DNA of 32,000 nt, taken from Planctopirus limnophila DSM 3776. Lineage in GTDB: Bacteria; Planctomycetota; Planctomycetia; Planctomycetales; Planctomycetaceae. The notes under the pieces are model-generated. The model was not told the origin of the DNA. It saw only the letters and a program-made list of their open reading frames with translations, and did not search any database. The stretch is taken from positions 1,860,001 through 1,892,000 of the forward strand of contig NC_014148.1 in the NCBI RefSeq assembly GCF_000092105.1, read 5' to 3'. The position numbers and the translations under genes are program-made. Below, in pieces: positions 1 to 7,817 of the stretch; position 1 is the stretch's first letter, and every line of letters begins with the position of its first letter.

Positions 1-391
1 GGCGTCCATAGTGGGCTCAGGGACGTCTCAGACGGACGATCTCCACTCCGAGATGGTATTTGATCTTGCGTCCTCTGGTTTTGGTCTGCATTACGAGATC
101 ACCCAGAGTCAGGGGCAATCGCGTACCAAAGCCGGTTCTCTCACGTAAGAAGTGGTCATTGGTGGCCGCAGCCGGTCACAGGATTCCACCACCAATCTCT
201 GGGTCAACCTCTCAGGCGACTGCAACTCGACAGAAACCTACACTTCCGGCTGGAGCGAATCAGTCTCTTGGAATGGCAAGGACTGGCCGTCAGTAACCGA
301 CCTTTATCCCCCAGGGAGACAAGGCATATGCGGGGCCTCTCGCTGAGTTTCTCTGTGCAATACTGAGAAACTCCACGGTAAAAGGCCGCAC
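1..391 (-). ncRNA. Unassigned structured non-coding region; candidate 5' portion (domain I) of a group II intron running off the left edge
   Basis: No ORF over 78 aa in any frame across about 445 nt, and all three minus frames are closed near the left edge. The minus-strand reading starts GUGCGGCC at 391. There are many long-range complementary pairs: GAGTTTCTC/GAGAAACTC (perfect 9 bp), ATTGGTGG/CCACCAAT (8 bp), ACCCAGAG/CTCTGGGT (8 bp). A UAUGG (tetraloop-receptor-like half) sits near position 10. The class assignment is tentative. Confidence 0.3.
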
Positions 392-445
392 TACCCAACG
401 CAGACAGGTATGCTAACTACAGCTTTCGGCAAGACTTATGAAAAA

Positions 446-519
446 TGCACCCCAGTGGAGTCGAACCACTAACCTACGGTTCCGAAGACCGTTGCTCTAT
501 CCAATTGAGCTAGGGGTGC
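446..519 (-). tRNA. tRNA-Arg (anticodon UCG)
   Basis: The reverse complement folds by hand into a 74-nt cloverleaf. Parts are acceptor GCACCCC/GGGGTGC, D stem GCTC/GAGC, anticodon stem ACGGT/ACCGT with loop CUUCGGA, T stem AGTGG/CCACT with loop TTCGACT, and discriminator A. CCA is not encoded. Confidence 0.95.
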
Positions 520-596
520 GGATTGGCTTCGCCGATGGAAGTATCCCGATTGACAACACAGTTTGCAAGTTGAGCGGCATGTTTCTCTGGTGCGGA

Positions 597-1589
597 CTAA
601 GGATTACCGGGTGCCGCGGTGGCGGGTTGATCAGGAATTTCTTCGAGGAGGTATTCTTTGAGCAGGGCCCGAGAGCCGGGTTTGAGATCGCGAACTTCCA
701 ATTTTCGCAGTGTTTTGGGATCGGTACGAAAAAACATGGTCCATTTGTAATCGATATACAGCGGTTCCATTGTCGTGGATTTCCAGCCCTGGGCTTCCAT
801 AAGCGTTTTCGTTCGAGCAATGACCTCTTTGGGGTCTGAGGAACTTTGCCAGCTGACCTGGGTTAGAGCATCGGAGTACTGGATCGAAGTCGCGTCATCG
901 GTCACAGGAAGGTCTGCCGATCTGAGCACAGTCGAGTACATCACCATCGATTTCCCGGCCTGGCCAGGAGCATCGGAGATCATGACGTTCAGCAGTGTGG
1001 ATCCCTGGGCGAACAATCGAGTAGGGCCAGCCTCGCCATAGGGCTTCCAGCCTCTGTTGATCAGATCTTGGGTGATTTTGCTGGCAAGGACAGCCGAATT
1101 TTCCTGCATGATAAGCATGATTTGAGCAGGAGTGTCGGACAGTACTTTCGATCCAGGCAACGAGGGGAGTTTTGCCAGCGGAACATTCCCGTGGGGAATG
1201 ATGCTGACAAGCGATTTTCCTCCGGCAGGCATAACCATCATTGAAAGTGAATAACCGTTTTTCTGGAAAGTACCACTCGCCAAAGCATCTTCGACACTGC
1301 TGCCGGGAAGTTCCGTCCAGCCAGTCGAAGTGAACTGATTCTGGTGAAACTTGTAACTTTCTTTTGTGCCAGTTGTGCAATCATAGGAGAGGGAAAAAAT
1401 CGGTCGCCGCGGTGCTTTTTCTGCTCCTGGTGCCAGGGGAATCTGAGAAAGATCAAGAACTTTTCGGGCTTCAGCGATGGAGGGGACCGCATCGTTCGAT
1501 TTCGCCAAAGTCCTGGAGGTGTCATCCGCCAGGGTCGAATGAAAAGAGGACAAAGCGAGCATCGTGATGCCGCAGAGAAGTGTTCTCAT
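597..1589 (-). CDS. Secreted hypothetical protein (N-terminal signal peptide)
   Basis: 330-aa ORF with an ATG start preceded by GAGGA. The N-terminus MRTLLCGITMLALSSFHSTLA is a typical signal peptide. I recognise no domain. Two internally similar modules each end in a GW motif. Confidence 0.8.
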   Translation of the reverse strand: MRTLLCGITMLALSSFHSTLADDTSRTLAKSNDAVPSIAEARKVLDLSQIPLAPGAEKAPRRPIFSLSYDCTTGTKESYKFHQNQFTSTGWTELPGSSVEDALASGTFQKNGYSLSMMVMPAGGKSLVSIIPHGNVPLAKLPSLPGSKVLSDTPAQIMLIMQENSAVLASKITQDLINRGWKPYGEAGPTRLFAQGSTLLNVMISDAPGQAGKSMVMYSTVLRSADLPVTDDATSIQYSDALTQVSWQSSSDPKEVIARTKTLMEAQGWKSTTMEPLYIDYKWTMFFRTDPKTLRKLEVRDLKPGSRALLKEYLLEEIPDQPATAAPGNP

Positions 1590-1852
1590 CGGGAGTCCTC
1601 GCTGAAAATCAGTTATCTAGGGCTGAATGGCATTCATGCACAAATTGGTCTCGGCGAGCTTACCATCCTATTTTCGCAAGGCCAATGAGCTTTGTTTCGG
1701 AAGAAGTGTTGCGTTTAGGGATGCGATGATTTTCTCAGTACTACAGACTCGCAAATGAATCGGCAGCTCAGCAGCTATCAAAAATAGAAGTTCACATAAT
1801 CATCTTGGATCATGACTTCACATGATGAGATTTGAAGAGAATGCCGGACTGT

Positions 1853-2728
1853 TTAACCGACTAAATATCGTTCATGGTTGAGGTATCTATGGCTGCTCAG
1901 GTAGTCACTGGTCTGCGAGGCGGTGAACTGGGAGGGGTTAATCATGGAGTACTGTGGATGAAGTGGCCAACTCGTCGAGTAGAAAGTATGGCCAAAGTAT
2001 TGTTGATAAAGTTGTGCGAGTTCCGGATGCCATATATTGAAAAGTCTCGGTGATGAAAAGAAGGCTTCGGTCGAGACAGCAAAAAACTCGGCGAGGTTTG
2101 TGGCTCCATAGCTATTGATGATATCGCTGTGGCCAGAGTGTAGCCGCTGGACGAGTTGTGCGAATTGCTGGGGAATGAGGGATATCCAGTTTCTGGCAAG
2201 AGCCGGGTTTTCAATGACAGGCATACCGTCGGCATCTCCGTTGGCCATGTCGAGAACATGTGAGAACTCATGAATGACGACGTTGTGGAATGGCTCGTGG
2301 CCTTCCCATTCGCGCTGAATGTCTTCCCATGCCAAAACAATGGGCCCGCGTTTCCAGGCTTCGCCGAGGCGCAGGGAGGAGCTTTCAACGACGATATGTC
2401 CAAGTTTTGTTTGCTGAGGTGCGACATAGGTCGAGGGGTAGATCAGGATGGATTGAATCGAGTCAAACGGCGAGTCATCAAATCCGAGTGTGAGCCGGGA
2501 GGCCTGAAGTGCAATTTTCCATTTCATTTCTTCCGTGACGACCAAACCGCTCAGGCCTTCCCAGTTCTTTTCGGCAACCATATTGCGAGCGTGGTTGATG
2601 AGTTTGACTCTGGCGGCATCGGTCAGCCAGGTACTGAGATCTGGCCGCTTGATCAAGCGGGACAAGAAATGAGGCAAAGGTTTCTGAGATCTGAGTTTAC
2701 GTTGCCTGTTTCTCAACCATTTCCACAT
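1853..2728 (-). CDS. mtfA: MtfA-family zinc metallopeptidase (peptidase M90)
   Basis: HEFSH (HExxH) motif. Blocks are collinear with E. coli MtfA: ILIYPSTYV, GPIVLAWEDIQ, NVVIHEFSHVLD, AEFFAVSTEAFFSSP. The track ORF starts at a TTG (2737). The first ATG (MWKWL) is at 2728. Confidence 0.9.
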   Translation of the reverse strand: MWKWLRNRQRKLRSQKPLPHFLSRLIKRPDLSTWLTDAARVKLINHARNMVAEKNWEGLSGLVVTEEMKWKIALQASRLTLGFDDSPFDSIQSILIYPSTYVAPQQTKLGHIVVESSSLRLGEAWKRGPIVLAWEDIQREWEGHEPFHNVVIHEFSHVLDMANGDADGMPVIENPALARNWISLIPQQFAQLVQRLHSGHSDIINSYGATNLAEFFAVSTEAFFSSPRLFNIWHPELAQLYQQYFGHTFYSTSWPLHPQYSMINPSQFTASQTSDYLSSHRYLNHERYLVG

Positions 2729-3374
2729 GATGACCAACTCCCTCCGGCTGTCAAGAACTGTTGAGGAGTACTGAATCTGGGGCAGGTTCTAACAGGGACG
2801 AAAAAGCAGAGGCGGTAGATGATTCAATTTCAGGTTTTGCAGTCCGATTGTGATGATTCCAAGGAAATGGGTGCTGTCATTTCGACAAGATCAATCAATC
2901 AATAGATCGAGATCTCATGACTTGACGACCCTGGGAAAGGCCGATCAAAAAAACGTGATATTGCGTGCGGTATTGGATTCGCAGTGGGGGTGGCATGGCT
3001 TGGTCTTGAATCCTACGTGGCATTCAGCATGTGAAGATGCAGGTTTGGTTGATCGTGACGTAAGGCTCAATGGCGTAGATTGTTGCGATTGTAATCGAAA
3101 AGATGAATCGTCAGGAGCAGGGGGTGCTGTGCGAAGATTTCCATAACGTGTCAAGTTTTTGACAAAATTGTTGTTTTTTCAGGAAACTAATTTTCTCAAG
3201 ATGCCAAATGTTGACGCAGCGACATTTTTTGATGCAATGTTGGAAAGCCAAGATTCGGTCTGATGATCCAAAGATTTGAGATGGTCAGGCTTGGATGCCC
3301 AGCGTTTTGCCCCCAAGAATTCCGCAGTAATCCTTACCTCGCAATTTCCCGCCCTTAAATCTGGAGTTGATGCC

Positions 3375-4703
3375 ATGGTGAAAGTTTCCCCTAATTGTGC
3401 ACCAGCGCATTTTCAGGCACTCAGCCGCCGTGGATTTCTGTCAGTGGGCATGCTGGCAGGGACCTCATTAACTCTGCCTCATCTTTTGCAGCAGCAGGCT
3501 TTGGCAGATTTGAAGGATTACAAAACCTTCCAGGGAACTGCCAAATCGATCATTCACATTTTCCTGCCTGGCGGGATTGCTCATCAGGAATCGTTTGATC
3601 CGAAGCCCAATGCTCCGATCGAGTATCGTGGTGAAATGAAGCAGGTGCAGACAAAGCTTCCCGGCGTGATGTTTGGTGAAACTTTGACCAAGACAGCAGA
3701 AGTTGCTGACAAGCTCTGCATTATCCGCAGTATGACTCATGGTGAAGCAGCCCACGAACGTGGCACCCATAATATGTTCACAGGGTACAGGCCAAGTCCT
3801 GCATTGCAGTATCCTTCGATTGGATCTGTGATCAGTCACGAATTTGGACCACGTAACAATCTGCCTCCCTATGTCTGTGTGCCGAATGTGCCAAACGAGT
3901 ATGCCGGGAGCGGCTATTTGAGCAGTGCCTTTGCACCGTTTGCCTTGGGTTCCGATCCGGCCAATAACGGATTCAAAGTGCGGGATCTGAACTTGCCTGG
4001 CGGAGTTGATGATGCTCGATTTGAGTCACGTCGCCGCATGCTGGATGCTGTTAATGGTCATTTTGCTCAGCGGGAAAAATCTGACGAACTGACCGCGATG
4101 AACACTTTCTATGATCGCGCTTACAGCCTGATCAGCTCGTCGCAGGCACGAGAAGCGTTCGATATTGAGAAGGAATCCCCCGAGATCCGCGATCAGTATG
4201 GACGAAATACGGCCGGCGCTCGCATGCTGTTGGCTCGCCGCCTGGTCGAATCTGGTGTGCGTCTGGTGAACCTGACTTACGGCGGGTGGGATCATCACAC
4301 CAATATCGTGCAGGGATTTAAGAATCAGATGCCCCAGTTTGATCAGGCTTTCTCAATGCTGATCAAGGATCTCGACCAGCGTGGTCTCCTGGGTGAAACA
4401 TTGGTGATGGTGTCTTCTGAATTTGGCCGGACACCGAAGATCAACGGGACAGCAGGCCGCGATCACTATCCGAAGGTTTTCAGTGTGGCCCTGGCTGGTG
4501 GCGGGATCAAGCAAGGTGCTGTCTACGGTTCGTCAAATGCTGTGGCCTCCGAGCCTGATGAGAATCCTCTGGGAATCGAAGATCTCTTCACCACTGTTTA
4601 TCACGCTTTGGGAATTGTGGCTGACAAGGAGTTGATGGCACCTGGGGATCGTCCGATTGAAATCGTGGATGGTGGTCAAGTGGTGAAAGAGTTGCTGGCT
4701 TAG
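3375..4703 (+). CDS. DUF1501 domain protein (sulfatase/alkaline-phosphatase-like fold) with twin-arginine signal
   Basis: Tat-like SRRGFLSVGMLAG near the N-terminus. Characteristic DUF1501 blocks: IHIFLPGGIAHQESFDPKP, SMTHGEAAHERG, GGWDHH, SEFGRTP, GRDHYP. The track ORF begins at TTG 3276. The in-frame ATG at 3375 gives a normal signal-peptide position. Confidence 0.9.
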   Translation: MVKVSPNCAPAHFQALSRRGFLSVGMLAGTSLTLPHLLQQQALADLKDYKTFQGTAKSIIHIFLPGGIAHQESFDPKPNAPIEYRGEMKQVQTKLPGVMFGETLTKTAEVADKLCIIRSMTHGEAAHERGTHNMFTGYRPSPALQYPSIGSVISHEFGPRNNLPPYVCVPNVPNEYAGSGYLSSAFAPFALGSDPANNGFKVRDLNLPGGVDDARFESRRRMLDAVNGHFAQREKSDELTAMNTFYDRAYSLISSSQAREAFDIEKESPEIRDQYGRNTAGARMLLARRLVESGVRLVNLTYGGWDHHTNIVQGFKNQMPQFDQAFSMLIKDLDQRGLLGETLVMVSSEFGRTPKINGTAGRDHYPKVFSVALAGGGIKQGAVYGSSNAVASEPDENPLGIEDLFTTVYHALGIVADKELMAPGDRPIEIVDGGQVVKELLA

Positions 4704-4743
4704 TCCCGGCTGGCCGTGCAGTCTTTCTAGCGTATGCACAGCG

Positions 4744-4780
4744 AGCCATCGCCTGACTCTTGGGCGATGGCTTGGTGCTT
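4744..4780 (+). terminator. Candidate intrinsic terminator after the DUF1501 gene
   Basis: 10-bp stem AGCCATCGCC (4744-4753) / GGCGATGGCT (4763-4772) with a 9-nt loop, 41 nt after the stop codon. The downstream tract TGGTGCTT is only weakly U-rich. Confidence 0.4.
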
Positions 4781-5243
4781 AGCCGTCAGTGTTAATGTCC
4801 TTGTTTACTATTCAGAGGCATTGAACTGGTCAGAATGATTTGCGCATTTGTCGGCTCAGGCCGCCACAGTGCCGTCCATCATTAGGAGTGGTTTCCAAGC
4901 CTGTTGGTTTCAGTGGGACAGACTTTTCAATAGATGGTGTTCGTGCCACAGAAAACTGGTTCGGATGGTATCAGCTTCGTCACCAGCTTTCTGGAATAAT
5001 CGTTACAGTCATTAATGCTTATGTATTTTCGCCAGACACTTGAGAGCTTGCTCTGATTGTTTGCATAAAATAAGTTCGATGTGACGAGATCTACACAAAG
5101 GCTGTTGATTCCCAGACATCGAACAGTCTTTGTCCTGCCTCGTGAAGATAACCTGCCTGGTAACGACAGCTTGCCAAATAGTTCTCGCCTGAAGGAAAAG
5201 TCATGCACAGCAGGTGATGTGTGCAGGCTAAGGATGTTCTCCC

Positions 5244-7706
5244 ATGATGAAATTCTGGTTCGCTCGCAACTTAAGTATTGCCTGCCTGCTGATGGGCCTT
5301 GCGACCGCTGGACATGTTCTGGGTGCCGACCCTGTTGTAAGAAATGTCATGCCTCGTGGTGCACAACGAGGGACAGAAGTCGAACTCTCATTCAACGGCG
5401 AGCGGCTCGGCGACGCTGCTGAAGTGATCATGTACGAGCCGGGAATTGAAGTCCTCGATTTCAAAGTCGAGAACGACAAACTCGTCAAGGCACGCGTCAA
5501 ACTCAGTTCAGATCAGACGCCAGGGATTCGGCATCTAAGGCTCCGTACCAAAAGTGGCATGTCCAAGACGCAAAATTTCGCCATCTCGGCCTTGCCTGTT
5601 GTTGAAGAAGTTGAACCGAACAATGAGTTCGCTAAGCCACAGGTGATTTCGAACAACGTGACAATCAACGGCGTCGTAACGAACGAGGATGTCGATTACT
5701 TTGTCGTCGATGCGAAAGCTGGTGAGCGGTTGACTGCGGAAGTTGTCGGCATCCGCCTGGGTAACTCGATGTTCGATCCGTATGTGTCGATCATCAATGA
5801 ATCACGATTTGAACTGGCTGGCAGTGATGATGCGGCTTTTGGCACTCAGGATGGCGTGGCTTCGATAGTCGTCCCCACTGATGGTAAATACATCCTGATG
5901 GTCAGAGAGTCGAGTTATGGCGGGTCGGGTGATAGCTATTACCAGCTCCATATAGGAAACTATCCCAGGCCACTGGCAATTGTCCCAGCCGGTGGTAAAC
6001 CTGGAAGCACCGTTTCGGTCACTTATTACGGGGATGTCAAGGGCCCTTTGACGCGAGATGTAGTGCTACCAACTCTGGAAAGTCTTCCAGCATCTTCCCC
6101 GTTGAACTTTGCCCTTTCAGCGAGTGATGATTCGGGAACTTCGCCTACTGGTAACGCATTTCGGCTGACAGATCTTGAGAATGTGATCGAAGCGGAGCCG
6201 AATGATTCGATGGAGCAGGCTCCTTTGGCTGTCCTGCCCGCCGCAATGAATGGCATTCTGCAAACGGAGGGCGATCGAGACCTGTTCGCCTTCGAAGCCA
6301 AAAAAGGCGAGAATTTCGAGTTCGTTGTTTACGGAAGACGATTGCGTTCCGAGATTGATTCTGTGCTGCAGATCTGGAATGACAAAGGGAATGCAGTCGC
6401 CAATAGCGACGACTCCCCCGGCACTCCCGATAGTCAGCTTCGGTTCAATTGCCCTGCGGATGGTAAATACTTTGTCATGATTCGCGATCATCTGGGTCGT
6501 GGAGGGAATGCCTATCATTACCGGATTGAAGCAAACCCGATTACGCCTCGTCTCGATTTTTCGATTAATGAATTTGTCCAGTTTCAGGAAGATACGCTCG
6601 AGTTACCCGCTGGTGGGCGATTGCCATTCCTGGTAACAGCCACAAGACGGGATGTCGGCGGGCCCATTGAGTTTCGCAGTGAAAATCTTCCTCAGGGCGT
6701 CACGATCGAGGCTCCTCAACTGGCGGATGGCCAAGGGGTGGCTCAGGTCGTCTTGGTCGCAGCTCCTGATGCACCGCTGAGTCTGAAAATGTCTCAGATT
6801 GTGGGTTTCATCGCCGCAGATCCCAATCGGCATGTTGAAAGTCGAGTGAGGCAGGACGCCATCATGGTCCGCGGCCAGAACAACCGTCCGTTCTTTATCG
6901 AAGCGCTACCTTCCTTGGGAGTTTCCGTGGTGGAACCAGTCCCTTTTTCCGTGGAAATTGTTCAACCCAAAGTCCCGCTGATTAAAAACAGTCCTTTGAA
7001 GTTAAAGCTGATTGCCAAACGAGAAGGCGACTTCAAAGGTCCCATCAATGTCGAGTTGCTGCAGAATCCACCAGGTGTCAATTCAAGTCGCAATGCAGTC
7101 ATCGCTGAAGGGCAGACGGAGACCGTGATTGACGTGAATGCTGCTGGAAATGCTCCCGCAGGTGATTGGAAGATTTGTGCCCGAGTTCGTGCGGATGTGG
7201 GAGGAAGTCGTGTTTCCGCCTCGCCGTTTGTTGCGCTGAAAGTCGCTGAGCCTTACGTCAAGCTGGAGTTCGCAAAGTCCGCTATCGAGCAGAATGCAGA
7301 AATCGATTACCCGGTAAAAGTTGAGCAGGTCACACCGTTTGAGGGGACTGCCAAGGTCGTGTTGATGGGGTTGCCTCATCAAACAACCGCCGAGCCACTG
7401 GAGATGACTAAAGAGACGCAGGAGTTGGTATTCAAGATTAAAGCCGGACCTGAAGCACCAGTCAGCAAAAACAAGAATCTTTTCTGCCAGATTATCATTC
7501 AGCAGGAAGGTGAAGAAGTGATTCATCATTTAGGGAGCGGCGAACTGCGGATTGACAAGCCGTTGCCACCCAAAACGACGCCTGCACCCGCTCCCACTCC
7601 TCAAGTTGCGGAAGCACCCAAACCGCCGGCAACGAAACCCTTGAGCCGCCTGGAGCAACTGCGGTTAGAGCAGCAGCAGAAGGCCGCTGCGGGGCAGGCC
7701 CCTTAA
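5244..7706 (+). CDS. Secreted protein with two pre-peptidase C-terminal (PPC) domains and a Pro-rich C-terminus
   Basis: 820-aa ORF with signal peptide MMKFWFARNLSIACLLMGLATAGHVLGA. Two PPC-type modules begin EPNNEF...DVDYFVV...DGKYILMV...YYQLHIG and EPNDSM...DRDLFAF...DGKYFVMI...YHYRIE. The C-terminal tail is PPKTTPAPAPTPQVAEAPKPPATKP. Confidence 0.9.
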   Translation: MMKFWFARNLSIACLLMGLATAGHVLGADPVVRNVMPRGAQRGTEVELSFNGERLGDAAEVIMYEPGIEVLDFKVENDKLVKARVKLSSDQTPGIRHLRLRTKSGMSKTQNFAISALPVVEEVEPNNEFAKPQVISNNVTINGVVTNEDVDYFVVDAKAGERLTAEVVGIRLGNSMFDPYVSIINESRFELAGSDDAAFGTQDGVASIVVPTDGKYILMVRESSYGGSGDSYYQLHIGNYPRPLAIVPAGGKPGSTVSVTYYGDVKGPLTRDVVLPTLESLPASSPLNFALSASDDSGTSPTGNAFRLTDLENVIEAEPNDSMEQAPLAVLPAAMNGILQTEGDRDLFAFEAKKGENFEFVVYGRRLRSEIDSVLQIWNDKGNAVANSDDSPGTPDSQLRFNCPADGKYFVMIRDHLGRGGNAYHYRIEANPITPRLDFSINEFVQFQEDTLELPAGGRLPFLVTATRRDVGGPIEFRSENLPQGVTIEAPQLADGQGVAQVVLVAAPDAPLSLKMSQIVGFIAADPNRHVESRVRQDAIMVRGQNNRPFFIEALPSLGVSVVEPVPFSVEIVQPKVPLIKNSPLKLKLIAKREGDFKGPINVELLQNPPGVNSSRNAVIAEGQTETVIDVNAAGNAPAGDWKICARVRADVGGSRVSASPFVALKVAEPYVKLEFAKSAIEQNAEIDYPVKVEQVTPFEGTAKVVLMGLPHQTTAEPLEMTKETQELVFKIKAGPEAPVSKNKNLFCQIIIQQEGEEVIHHLGSGELRIDKPLPPKTTPAPAPTPQVAEAPKPPATKPLSRLEQLRLEQQQKAAAGQAP

Positions 7707-7817
7707 CGCTTGTCTTTTTTCGACAGAGTCAGAGCAGATGAGTGATATGAATAGATTTTGCCCTGGATCAGTCAGGGCCGTCGAAATGGCAATCAGATAA
7801 CGGCACAGGTGATTGAG

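Noticed and set aside
1-391. RNase P RNA, tmRNA, SRP RNA or a cobalamin riboswitch as the identity of the structured region.
   Set aside because: There is no GGAAAGTCCGG-type P4 element and no tRNA-like 3' end with ...CCACCA after a T-arm. There is no SRP GGAAGCAGCC-type motif. A GGTGGAATCC stretch resembles part of the B12 riboswitch core, but the CCCGCAACTGT-like element and the B12 box are absent.
60-398. Short ORFs (60..296 +, 152..346 +, 204..398 -) in the left-edge region.
   Set aside because: All are 78 aa or shorter and mutually overlapping, with Arg/Ser/Pro-rich compositions. They lie in a region better explained by RNA secondary structure.
3150-3190. Short inverted repeat GTCAA-gttt-TTGAC with a TTGACA hexamer in the 640-nt mtfA/DUF1501 divergent intergenic region; considered as an operator/promoter.
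   Set aside because: The arms are only 5 bp and no acceptable -10 element lies at 16-19 nt spacing. This is indistinguishable from chance.
3276-3374. Upstream non-ATG extensions of the track ORFs (3276, 7758, 10348, 15875, 15542, 2737, 27824, 20913).
   Set aside because: In each case an in-frame ATG further in gives a canonical signal peptide or conserved N-terminus, often with an SD-like element. The extensions add unstructured residues ahead of signal peptides.
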